Both the position numbers and the translations under genes were made by a program. Positions 17,671 through 27,300 of a stretch of DNA of 64,000 nt are shown here, one piece after another. The stretch's first letter is position 1. Every line of letters starts with the position of its first letter. The notes beneath the pieces were generated by a model. It saw only the letters and a list, made by a program, of their open reading frames with translations. It was not told where the DNA came from and did not search any database. Where the stretch lies: contig DAOPPX010000005.1 in the NCBI GenBank assembly GCA_035358715.1, forward strand, positions 25-64,024. The letters are read 5' to 3'. This DNA comes from Verrucomicrobiota bacterium. Lineage in GTDB: Bacteria; Verrucomicrobiota; Verrucomicrobiia; Limisphaerales; UBA8199.

Positions 17671-19893
17671 TCAGACGTCCTGCTGAAGTCGCTGCGGCAC
17701 GTAACGCCGGTTTTTGTTCAGCACCGCGCTAACGGTCGCTTTGGATTCGGCGAGCATGGCCGCGGCACGCTTTGCAGCGTCACATTGAGTCTTTTCGGAC
17801 TCGAGGACCAGCAGCACCTTATCCATGAAACCCGCAAGCCGGGGGGTAACACTAATCTGGCTAACCGGCGGCATGTCGAAAATGATGTAGTCGTAGTCGC
17901 TGGCCTTGAGCTTGGGCACGAGGCTGCTGAAGCGCCGGGGCAAAACACGCGGCAAGAGACCGCTATTCCCGCCTTCTGCGACGGCGTAAAGATTCTCCTG
18001 CACAAGGGCATTGTCGCGGGTCTCACTGCCAAGCGCGTCAGCGAGACCAAGCCCCGGCTTCCCTTTGAAGAAGGGGTGTGCCGCCCCCTGCCCGGAAGTC
18101 ATATCCACGAGCAACACGTTCCCATCTCCAGTCTCCGATAAACTGGCCGCCAGGCCGGTGGCGATCGTAGTGACCCCAACGCCCTTCGCGCAACCCGTTA
18201 CGGCTATCATCTTGGGTTTGTGGGTGAGATTCCGAACTTCAAAGAATGTCACCAGACGATCGCGCAGGGCTTCATAATAAGTAGCCAGGCCGTTCGCATG
18301 GAACGGCACCACTTCGGATTTCTTGCCTGTTTCCGGCTCCACTCCAGCGTTGCCGCTTTCCAACTGGGCGGCCCCCTGCCCTGGCGGTGCCGGCAACGGA
18401 AGGCGACCGTTTCGACGCATTTTGGGAATGGTCAGGAAGAGCGGCAGATGCAACCGGTTTTCGACTTGGATGGGGCGCCGGACGGTCCGATCAAGGCCGA
18501 GTTCGATCAGAAACGCCAGCGCGAAGCCTGCGACCAGTCCGCCAATGGCGCACAGACTCAGAGTCTGGACCAGTTGCCTCGATTCCCGAAACGCCGGGCT
18601 TGGCGCCTGGGCAACACCAATGTTGGCCATTCTCCCGGCACTCAAAGTCTGGTCAAAACGAGCCTGCTCCAGGCTGGTGGAAAAGTGCCGATACTTGGCT
18701 TCCTCGAGCTCTTTCTTCCTCTGCAGCTCGGTGATCGCTGGTTCGAGCTCGTTAACCGCTTTGGCCTCGGTGGTCAACTGTTCCATCTGCGAGTTGAGGA
18801 CTTTGATCTTCGTTTGCAGCGCCGCGATCGAGATGCGCACACGCTCGACCAGAACCTCAGCGTCCGACGCTGTGGGTTTGGAGGAAGGAAGCTGAAGCTT
18901 CGCCAGTTTCGGATAATCCGTTTCGAGCTTCAGCCGGCTCTTTTCCAGCGCAGCTATCTGCTCGCGAATGCCGCGCACCATCGCATTCTCCTCGGTGTAC
19001 TGGGTAAGCAGCCCCTGCTCCTGCTTGCGAAAAGAATCGAGGCGCGCGGCGACGCCCCGGTACTCCTCTATCTTTTCGAGGGGGACGTCAGCTTCCGGCT
19101 GTGCGGTTGGGGTTTCCGGTTTCTTCGGCAGCAGCTTCAGATGCTCCTCATACACCGCTTGTTGCTGCGCCAACTCAGCCTGGGTGTTGAACAACTCCTG
19201 CCGGACTTGAGCGAGCGCCTCGCTGTATGACTTTCTCGAATCCTCGATCGAGACAACGCCAACGTTGGTCTTCGCTTTTCGCAAATCCTGCTCGGTCTGC
19301 GCCAACTGTGCGCGCAGCGCATCGGTCTGCTGCGTTAACACGTCGTCAAAGCCGCCGATACTCCGGTGGATTTGAACGTGCTTGCGGAGATAGGCCTCAA
19401 TGATCTGCTCCAAAACCGGCTGGACGGTCTCCCGGTTGGGATTCTGAAACGCAATTCGCAAGACGTTGCTGCGGCGGGGAACTTCAACCTTCAGGTTCTT
19501 CTGCAGCGTCGCCGCGGCGAGATACTTGTTGGTGTGGGTAACGCCCGATCCAAGGATCTTCCCCGCGCCAACCGCTTCAACCACCTGAGTCGCCAAGTCG
19601 AGGCTCTGGAGCACCTCAACTTCCGAATTGATGATGTTATCCCCCCGCGGGTCCGGGTTCTTGATCTGGGGGTCGCCGGCAATTCCACTGGGCATGCTCG
19701 ACTCGACCACATAGCGGATGAACAGCTTGGCCTCGGAGACATACAAGGGGGGGATCATGAAATAAACCGCGGCTGCCGCCAGCAGGCCTGCGACGGTAAG
19801 GCATAAGATCTTCCACTTGTGCCGAAAGATGACGTAGTAAATATCCGCCAGGCCCAGCCCGGACGAATGATGCTGCCGATCAGGAGTTTGCAT
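17671..19893 (-). CDS. Polysaccharide co-polymerase (Wzz/GumC-type, coiled-coil periplasmic domain) fused to a BY-kinase-like P-loop domain (Wzc-like)
   Basis: There are two TM segments flanking a long coiled-coil region. The C-terminal domain has Walker A' (LLVDMT) and Walker B (YIIFDMPP) motifs, but Walker A reads GCAKGVGVTT. Confidence 0.85.
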   Translation of the reverse strand: MQTPDRQHHSSGLGLADIYYVIFRHKWKILCLTVAGLLAAAAVYFMIPPLYVSEAKLFIRYVVESSMPSGIAGDPQIKNPDPRGDNIINSEVEVLQSLDLATQVVEAVGAGKILGSGVTHTNKYLAAATLQKNLKVEVPRRSNVLRIAFQNPNRETVQPVLEQIIEAYLRKHVQIHRSIGGFDDVLTQQTDALRAQLAQTEQDLRKAKTNVGVVSIEDSRKSYSEALAQVRQELFNTQAELAQQQAVYEEHLKLLPKKPETPTAQPEADVPLEKIEEYRGVAARLDSFRKQEQGLLTQYTEENAMVRGIREQIAALEKSRLKLETDYPKLAKLQLPSSKPTASDAEVLVERVRISIAALQTKIKVLNSQMEQLTTEAKAVNELEPAITELQRKKELEEAKYRHFSTSLEQARFDQTLSAGRMANIGVAQAPSPAFRESRQLVQTLSLCAIGGLVAGFALAFLIELGLDRTVRRPIQVENRLHLPLFLTIPKMRRNGRLPLPAPPGQGAAQLESGNAGVEPETGKKSEVVPFHANGLATYYEALRDRLVTFFEVRNLTHKPKMIAVTGCAKGVGVTTIATGLAASLSETGDGNVLLVDMTSGQGAAHPFFKGKPGLGLADALGSETRDNALVQENLYAVAEGGNSGLLPRVLPRRFSSLVPKLKASDYDYIIFDMPPVSQISVTPRLAGFMDKVLLVLESEKTQCDAAKRAAAMLAESKATVSAVLNKNRRYVPQRLQQDV

Positions 19894-19973
19894 AGGTTAT
19901 CGTGTGTCCTTTCAAGGGGTCATTGGGCAGAGGTTCTTTCCCAAGCGGCCAGTCGGTCGGGGAAATCAGGGTT

Positions 19974-21119
19974 CTAGGCGACATGACGATATAAGAGGGT
20001 TCCGAGAAACCGCGACAGACTCAAGGGTAAAGCCGCAAAGACCTTGTTGTGCCAGCCCAAGGCCTCATCACGCCCCGGCACAAACGCGCTCTTCCGCAGG
20101 TCATACTTGAAGTAATTGATCGTGCACTCACGCGCACCCCAGCCCAGTTTGAACCGGTGCAACCCCTCGTTGACCGCAGAGGTTCGGCCCAAATGCAGCT
20201 TTCGACAACCTCTGGTGGCGAAATACTTGATGCCTTCCCACATCACCAGATCGTTTCCGCGGAGCTCGAGCGTCCTTTCGTCCGAAGCCCCGAACTTGTA
20301 GATCGCCTGTTGCCCGAGCTGAAAAAAGATGCTGCCCGCGACGCTCCTCGCGCCGGCTTGAGCAAGCACAATAATGCCGCCCCCCCGAGCCAGGATGTGC
20401 TTCTGCACATTCTGGAAGAACCGAAACGGTTGTGGCGGCAACCCGTGTTTACGACGCGTCCTGCAGTGCAGCGCGTAGAATTGACTGATTCCCCTCGCAT
20501 CATTCAGAAACTCAACCCTGACCCCTTCTCTTTCGGCCTTGCGCACAGCGCGCCGCACTGCGGGGCTTAGGGCCGCGAACAGTACCTTCTCATCCTCCAT
20601 CAACGCAAGTTCGTGACCATAAAACCGATGAGACGGCATTGCAGAAGCCAGAAACTGTTGTCCACCCCGCAATTCCAAATACTTCCAACGCCGGTTGCGT
20701 CCGTACACGACTGCTTCATCAAAGAGTTGCTGGAAGGCCGAGAGACTGCCCGCCAGCGGATCGCAGTAATCTGTGAAGGGGAGGGAAATGCCTCTGCGGC
20801 CCGTCAACCAGCTATCAACCTCCATCACCGGCAGCAGCGCATCCAGGGTTTCCCCGGCGCGCACCGCAAAGTAGTGCGGCTCGTACCCGTAGGTCTGCGC
20901 CAGCACCGCCGCCCAGGGCTTTCCATGGAAGAAGGAACAATCGGCGCGTCCGGCAAGTCTGCTATCCCACTCCTCATCCGTAATGGGGCTCAACCGTTGC
21001 ACAGGCTTACCCTGACCCTGCGATGCCCCCCGCGCAGGAGAATCCGCTACAGCGCCCTGCGGCTCGAACCGGAAAACCTGCCGGGCAGGAGAAACAAGTC
21101 GTCCCAAACTCGCACTCAT
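19974..21119 (-). CDS. FemAB-family / GNAT-fold acyltransferase-like protein (second paralog)
   Basis: The 381-aa protein has a FemAB-like pattern (FFHGKPWAAVLAQTYGYEPHYF, GSIFFQLGQQAIYKFGASD, RFKLGWG). Confidence 0.75.
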   Translation of the reverse strand: MSASLGRLVSPARQVFRFEPQGAVADSPARGASQGQGKPVQRLSPITDEEWDSRLAGRADCSFFHGKPWAAVLAQTYGYEPHYFAVRAGETLDALLPVMEVDSWLTGRRGISLPFTDYCDPLAGSLSAFQQLFDEAVVYGRNRRWKYLELRGGQQFLASAMPSHRFYGHELALMEDEKVLFAALSPAVRRAVRKAEREGVRVEFLNDARGISQFYALHCRTRRKHGLPPQPFRFFQNVQKHILARGGGIIVLAQAGARSVAGSIFFQLGQQAIYKFGASDERTLELRGNDLVMWEGIKYFATRGCRKLHLGRTSAVNEGLHRFKLGWGARECTINYFKYDLRKSAFVPGRDEALGWHNKVFAALPLSLSRFLGTLLYRHVA

Positions 21120-21337
21120 TGGCCGGCCTTATCCCAAGCTAGAGCCCCCCTCAGGACGCGAGTAAAGCTCCGCACTTGGTGTTTCGCAGTTGATCTGCGC
21201 CACCTTTCAACCGGCCCCCGGAACCCTCCGGAGGCTTGCTTTCGCCATTTCACGATAACCAATCTGCGGACAAGCCCCTGACGGGCTTGCCCACGGGCCG
21301 CTAAGTCCAGACTCCGCATCTGCGAATTCCAGGCAAA

Positions 21338-22021
21338 CTACGCAACCGCCAACTCCGGCAGCCATTCCGCCACGGAACTGCGGTGAACGTTCAATAGGCG
21401 CCGGTCCACTTCCACGGGCGTCAGGCGCCCAAGCACTTCGAGCAATATCTGCACCCGGCGCTTCGCGGGCCAGGACCGCAGCACGACCGCCTGCATCCCC
21501 AGAAAAGCCCCCCCCGCCACGGTTACTTCATCTCCCGGGAGAGGATCCTTCCTCAAATTCAGAAGTTCCTCGGCCCCAAAACACCTCCGCAAGTCCTCGA
21601 GAACCTCTGCCGGCACCGGCGGAATCCGATCGCCGAAACTCACCAGCCCGCTGATGCCTGGAGTGTGACGAATCTGCCCAATATGATCGTCCAGGGAGCA
21701 ACGCACAAAAACGTAGCCCGGGAATACTGGCTCGGTGATGTGCTTGACTACCCCGCGGATCGTGGTTTGCTCCGAACGCAGTCTTGGGCTGAAAACCTCC
21801 AACCCCAGGTGTTGCCGCAGCCTGGCCGCCGCGATGTGGTCCTGCTTGGGCTTGGTTTTCGCACAATACCACTCCAGCACTGCTGCGGCAGACCCACCAT
21901 CCACGCCAAGCGCCCCGGATGGCGCCCGGGCGCTTGCCGGCATACTGATGCTGTTGAGATTAAGTTCGGCTCTACTCATCATGCCACAGCCAACACTTTT
22001 GGCTGGTAACCATCTTCCCAT
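21338..22021 (-). CDS. NusG-family specialised transcription antiterminator (RfaH/UpxY/TaA-like paralog)
   Basis: An NGN domain (WYCAKTKPKQDHIAAARL...EPVFPGYVFVR) and a KOW-like segment (GDEVTVAGGAFLGMQAVV) are present. It is the second gene of the EPS operon. The start is uncertain; the ATG at 21982 is also possible. Confidence 0.85.
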   Translation of the reverse strand: MGRWLPAKSVGCGMMSRAELNLNSISMPASARAPSGALGVDGGSAAAVLEWYCAKTKPKQDHIAAARLRQHLGLEVFSPRLRSEQTTIRGVVKHITEPVFPGYVFVRCSLDDHIGQIRHTPGISGLVSFGDRIPPVPAEVLEDLRRCFGAEELLNLRKDPLPGDEVTVAGGAFLGMQAVVLRSWPAKRRVQILLEVLGRLTPVEVDRRLLNVHRSSVAEWLPELAVA

Positions 22022-22245
22022 TGTGTCGTTGAGGGGTCAACAGCCCGCGCGGGGAACCTTCACGGACGATGCGACCGTAGATGTACGGAAAACGCAGAAA
22101 GGTGCGGTATCTCCAACAAACTCAACGATATCCGCACCGCAGATTCCTGGCCGCAGCCCGGTCTTGAACCGTGCCGACGAAGCCCATCCCAACCAAGAGT
22201 CAGATGCATAGCAACGGGGTAGCAGCCAGAGTGCCACCCCGCGGC

Positions 22246-23040
22246 TTAGAACCATGTGAGCCGCTCTCGCACGAACACGATGTCAGAGGGCTGCAGGTAG
22301 AACAACTCGCCCCCGCGCCCCTGCAATTGCCGCTTCAGATTCAGATGGTACTGCTCCTCACGCTCGCCCTTGCGCCGGATGACGGTTACGTCCTTGAGAT
22401 TCGCTTTCGAATAATCCACCCCCGCGTCAATCACGGCTTCCAGGACCGTGATGGGGCGATCAAACACAATTCGCCCCGGCCGCGCAACCGCCCCTGTCAC
22501 GAACACAAAGTAAGCCGACGACTCCAAAACAACATTCACCTCTTTGGTAACCAACTGTGGCGCATAGAGTTCGGCCAATGACTTCTCCAGGTCCTTTGGG
22601 CTCAACCCGGCGGCTTTGCATTCGCCAACCAGCGGCAGCGAGAGCTTGCCGTCGCGACGAATCTGTTGAGTCGTGTTCAGGTTCGGCGATCCGGGAAATG
22701 TGATTCGCACCGTATCCCCTTCCCGAAGAGTCAAGGACTCCATTTGCGGGGCTGCGGCCTGCGAACCGTCGGGCGCAACCTCTGTTCCTGGAGCAGCAAC
22801 TTTCGAGAAATCAGCAGATTGCGTCCGCCCCGGCCCCTGGCAACCCGCCAGCAACACAACCATCAGCATGCTCAATCCCGCCGCACACACCCCGCCGAAG
22901 GTTCTGCTCCTCAGAACCGGCCCTCGGCGCGCAGACACCGGAGTCGCCTTTCCCCTTAAGCCGTTGATTTTGCGGAGTTGGAGAGCCGATACTAGCTCGT
23001 AGAGTTCTTTCATAGGAGGTTCCACCTTTCTAGGGATCAT
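22246..23040 (-). CDS. wza: Polysaccharide export outer-membrane lipoprotein (Wza / Poly_export + SLBB)
   Basis: A lipobox is present (LLAGC). The Poly_export motif region is GDTVRITFPGSPNLNTTQQIRRDGKLSLPLVGECKAAGLSP, and an SLBB-like segment is FVTGAVARPGRI. Confidence 0.88.
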   Translation of the reverse strand: MIPRKVEPPMKELYELVSALQLRKINGLRGKATPVSARRGPVLRSRTFGGVCAAGLSMLMVVLLAGCQGPGRTQSADFSKVAAPGTEVAPDGSQAAAPQMESLTLREGDTVRITFPGSPNLNTTQQIRRDGKLSLPLVGECKAAGLSPKDLEKSLAELYAPQLVTKEVNVVLESSAYFVFVTGAVARPGRIVFDRPITVLEAVIDAGVDYSKANLKDVTVIRRKGEREEQYHLNLKRQLQGRGGELFYLQPSDIVFVRERLTWF

Positions 23041-23685
23041 GACGTGTATGGATGTTATTCACTTCTTCAATCTCACCACTCAGCTTCGAGCATACCGCGC
23101 CACCGCAAGAACACAAGCGAAACCTGCGTTTGCTGCTTCGGCGCCAGGGGCGCATCGGCCTCGATAATCCGTTGGACGCGCTGCGCATGACCAATGACCC
23201 ATCAGCCCATTGCCAGGTGAAATGCGCGATTCCACAGGCCACGGATCGCTCTTCCGAGCAAGTAGGGAGCCACTCCCCAGCACACGCCGATGGGTCTCAA
23301 GAACCGCCCGCCGCACGATTCCGCGTGTCGCGCGGAATCCACGGAATCCCAATGTCTTCGCCTCAATCTCGGATGGCATCCCGGCCGACCCTCCATTGTG
23401 TACCTGTGCCTCAGTACGGGACAGCAGGCGGAATCGAGACACTGCAGAGTCAGCCTGCTGGAAGGCGGCGGCAGTCCAGAGATGCCCCCGGCACCCCGCC
23501 TCCTGATTCTCCCCGTTCCACTTCTCGCGCTTCATTGCATCCTTGCTCGACTTAACGTCATGGACGCTACGCTTTCAGCACTACGGTTGCGCCTTTGCCT
23601 GTTCTCCAGGACACACTCCGGTTTCTCAATCCACCAAGCCCGCTCCCAACACCTCACCAACCCCACACCCTGAACCACCACCGCC

Positions 23686-24300
23686 ATGGACACCAGAGCC
23701 CGCGACCTCGCCGCCGTCTTCAAAAAAGCCTCAAAAGACGGCGTCCTCGAAAAACCCTTCCGTGAGGTTGTCGAAAAGCACCTGATCGAACTCGCCAACG
23801 CCGAGGGCATCGAAATGGCCCCACACACCGAAGTCACCCTCGGCACCTCCGGCCGCGCGGACACCATCTACAACCGCTTCATCGTCGAGTGGAAATAGCC
23901 GGCACTGCTCAGCCAGACCAACAACACCACCGCCAACTCCAAAGCCATCGCCCAACTCAAGGGCTACGTCGAAACCTTCTGGTTCCGAAATCGCCAGGCC
24001 CCCGGTCGCGTGGCGGGCTGCTGTACTGACGGACGCTACTTCATCTTCGCCACCAAGCCCGGCCACGACTGGAACGTCAAAGACCCCGTCCCCGTCAACG
24101 AACAGACCTGCCGCAGGTTCCTGGACTACTTCTTTGCCCTCAGTTCGGACATCGCCCTGCTCCCGGAGTATCTGGCCGAGGACTTCTCCGCCGACAACGT
24201 CCGCACCCAGCGTACCGTCAAGGCCCTCTACCAAGCACACCCCACCTGTGGTTCCGGCACCTTCCTCATGATGGCCATCAACGCCATCCGCGCCAAGCCT
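23686..24300 (+). pseudogene. Decayed restriction-modification enzyme gene (PD-ExK-like N-terminus plus N6-adenine MTase motif I), interrupted and 3'-truncated
   Basis: ORFs 23686-23898 and 24010-24408 share one reading frame, separated by a single in-frame TAG at 23896-23898. The sequence contains GRADTIYNRFIVEWK(*)PALLSQ...AIAQLKGY (D...ExK pattern) and HPTCGSGTFL (MTase motif I). No downstream MTase motifs follow, because the convergent hydrolase gene begins at 24335. Confidence 0.55.
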
Positions 24301-24334
24301 CCGGCCCTCGGGCCGGGCTGGCCACCTCGCAGTC

Positions 24335-27300
24335 CTACTCGACCACTTCGGCCTGCAAGCGGACCGGCCCCAGCAGGCCCGAGGGAATCAGCGGCGCATC
24401 TTTGGTAAAGTACTTGGTCGTCGAAAACGTCAGGCGCCGAGGCTCGGGCCGCGGCTGGTTTTTGAGCAGCCAGTCGGGCCAGGCCGGGATTTTGCCCAGG
24501 CGCCAACTGCCGTCCGGGGTGCAATCGTCGGGGTATTGTTCGTCGCCGATCATGCGGTTGGGCCAGAGGTTGGTCACCCGGACTTCCAGCTTGTTGGCTC
24601 CGGGCCGCAGCGCCGCGCGCACGTCCACCTGGAACGGCGGCTTCCACAGCACACCCAGGTGCTTGCCGTTGAGGGTAAACTCGGCGATCTCGCGCACGTC
24701 ACCGAGGTCAAGGTACATGGCCGAGCCTGGATCGCGGAGCGCGGCCTGGTCCACGGTAAAGGACTTTCGGTAAACGGCGGTGCCGGAGTAGAACTTGATC
24801 CCTTCCTCGCTGCGCCTGGTCCAATCCTCCAGCGTTTGGAAGGAGGCCTTCTCCGGGCCGCCCCACTTCGGATCGAACGCGACTTCCCAGGGTCCCGAAA
24901 TCTCCATCACCTGCTTGAACGCAGGGAAGTTCTTCCGCCTCCTCTCCCCGGCCCTCTCCTCCCGAGGAGGAGAGGGAGAAGCGGCTTGCGCAGTTGAGCT
25001 GTCCTTCTCCGTCTTGCGGAACACCACGAACATGGAGCCGGCCGGGTCGAAGCGCAGCGGAACGATCGTGCGGACTCCTTCCTGGCGGTATTCGGGCAGC
25101 GCGCGAATGGTTCCGTCGGCCGGGTCCCATAATTCGGGGACCATTCCTGTTGCGCGGAAGGCGCATTGGGCCTCGACGGGCCGATATTGCGCGCTGGCTA
25201 TGAAGTACACCTCGGCGCCATTGATGCGGCGGTGTATCCAGTTTATGCCGTCGGTGGGCATCTGCTTTTGCTGCGCCGGGCCGGGTCCTTTGCCTTCGGC
25301 CCCGACCGACTGTGCCGGGCGGTTCGGGCCAAAGCTCGGTGGAATGGCCGCGGCGGGGTCGTAGGGTTGATTCAGTGTGAAGCCGAAATCCTCGGCTCCG
25401 GCCAGGTCCTTGAGCACCTGATCGAGAGGCCGGCCCCAGATGACGCGGCCAGCGCCCAGCACGTGTTGTTGGACTGCGTTGCCGTCGCAGTCGCCCCAAA
25501 GCTCGGCGGCCATTTCTTTCACTTGAGTGTCGCAGGCGGGGTAGTTCATCAGGCTCGGCGAGCGGCGCGGCGGAGGTCCGACCACGACGGCGCCGGCCTT
25601 GACCAGGTCGCGCACCCTGGCGAGCAACTCCGGCGTCATGGCCTGGTAGTTGGGCAGTTGCATGACCCGGTAGCTCATCCCCGAGGGCAACACCAGCCTC
25701 CCGTTCTTCACGCTCAGGCTCTCGATGGTCAGCTTGTCCGAGATGTAGTCGTAATTGTAACCCGCCGGAGCGGCGTCGTATTGGGCTGGCAGCGTTTCCA
25801 TCATTGGGCTGCCGCCGTAGTTCTCGCCGTCGGGCAGGAGCCGGCAGAAGTCGGCGACAAAGTGGCCCTGCTGCAAGAGGCTCTGGCAGCGGGCCAGGTA
25901 ATCCATGTAGGCTTTGCCCTGCTTCCACCAGGTCTGCGTCCGGTCAACGTGGAAGCCGTAGGGACCGAAGGTCATGCCCGGCCACTTGTCCACCCATGGA
26001 TTGAGGGCGGTGCGGTGGAAGATGAAGCGGTTGACGCCCTGGCAGAGGCCCCAGTCGGTCATATTCTTGACCGAGTAGGGGTGCTCGGTGAACGGGTCGT
26101 TCTCACCGCTCGAGGTCAGGCTCTCGGCGCCCAGGAAGGGTTTGCCCAGCCCGTGAACCATCGAGGAGACGATCCGGGCGGAGTTAAGGTGCCAGGCATT
26201 CCAGCGCATGATCCAGAACTCGGCCATTGGCATGTCGGCCTCCGCGCCATAGGTCAGGGGATTGATGCCGCGTGAACTGGGGCCATAGGCCTCGATCGAG
26301 AGTTTGAGGCCGCGGGCGTTGGCGAGCTTGCGCAAGGCGCCGGCGTAGTTGGCGTCGAGCAACTCCGATTGCGTGCGTTTGGCGTCGCGCAGGAACCGCG
26401 CGGTTTGCTCCGCATCGCCGAGCCCCGGCCCGCCGGCCAGGGTGATCAGCCAGGGGATGATGTCGTAACCGCGGCGTTGCTTGAACTCCTGGGCCATGCG
26501 CGGGGTCCAGTCCTGCCAATGGACCTCCCAACTGTCAATATGCGTGTAGGTGAGCACCTTGCCCGCGGCCGGGCCGACGTCGTCAGCCAACATGCCGATC
26601 AGCGCGTCGAAGTGGCGCTTGATGGCCTCGGCGCTGAACTTGTCGCACTCCAGCCCCTTGCCGGCCTCCGGCGCGGGACGGTTCTCTACTCCGGTCGAGA
26701 CATGCCCGATGCGCATGACCACCCACTCGCCGGCCGGGGCGTCCCAGCTAAGCTTGCCGGTCGCGTCCATCTTCTCGCTCAGGTCGAGGATCGAGTCCGG
26801 AGCGATGGCGGTGCCTTTCCGGATGGCCGGGTAGGCCAGCACCCTGAGGTCGCGATAGTATTTTGCCGCGGCCAGGGCGGCCGGGCTGAGATTGGCGGGC
26901 GCGGGTGCGGGGGGTCTCTTGGCCTTCTTACGCGCCCTGGCGGACTTTGCGGCCGGTTGCTTCTTGCCCTCGGCAGGCGCGACCTGCGCCGGCTCCGCGC
27001 CGGCTAACTTGGGCTGAGGGAGCTTCCCCTCGAAACGGGCGGGCCCCTTGACCGTCGTGCTGCTGCCGACAACTTTCTGCATGGAATGCTCCGGGGTATT
27101 CCAGGGACCGCCGCTGCCGCACCAGCCGGCGTCGTTGTTCATGTTGACCTCGATGCCGAGGCGCCCGGCCTCAGCGACGGCGAACTTAAAGAGCTCGCGC
27201 CATTCGGGGCTGCCGAAGGGATACGGGCCATTCGGAGCCATCGTTCTGAGGTTGGCAACCTCCATGATCAGCACGCCCTTGATGCCGGACTGCGCCAGCG

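Noticed and set aside
23041-23685. ORFs 23052-23555 (+), 23080-23535 (-), 23030-23242 (-) and others in the wza leader. I also considered a c-di-GMP (GEMM) riboswitch here.
   Set aside because: The translations have no recognisable motifs and have junk-like composition. I looked for GEMM-type conserved blocks (GCAAACC / CGCAAAGC-like) on the minus strand and did not find them. The region is left as an uncharacterised leader.
23896-23898. The in-frame TAG as programmed read-through or pyrrolysine in an intact gene.
   Set aside because: The reading frame also loses all methyltransferase motifs after motif I and runs into the convergent hydrolase gene. No pyl genes were seen. Decay is the simpler explanation.
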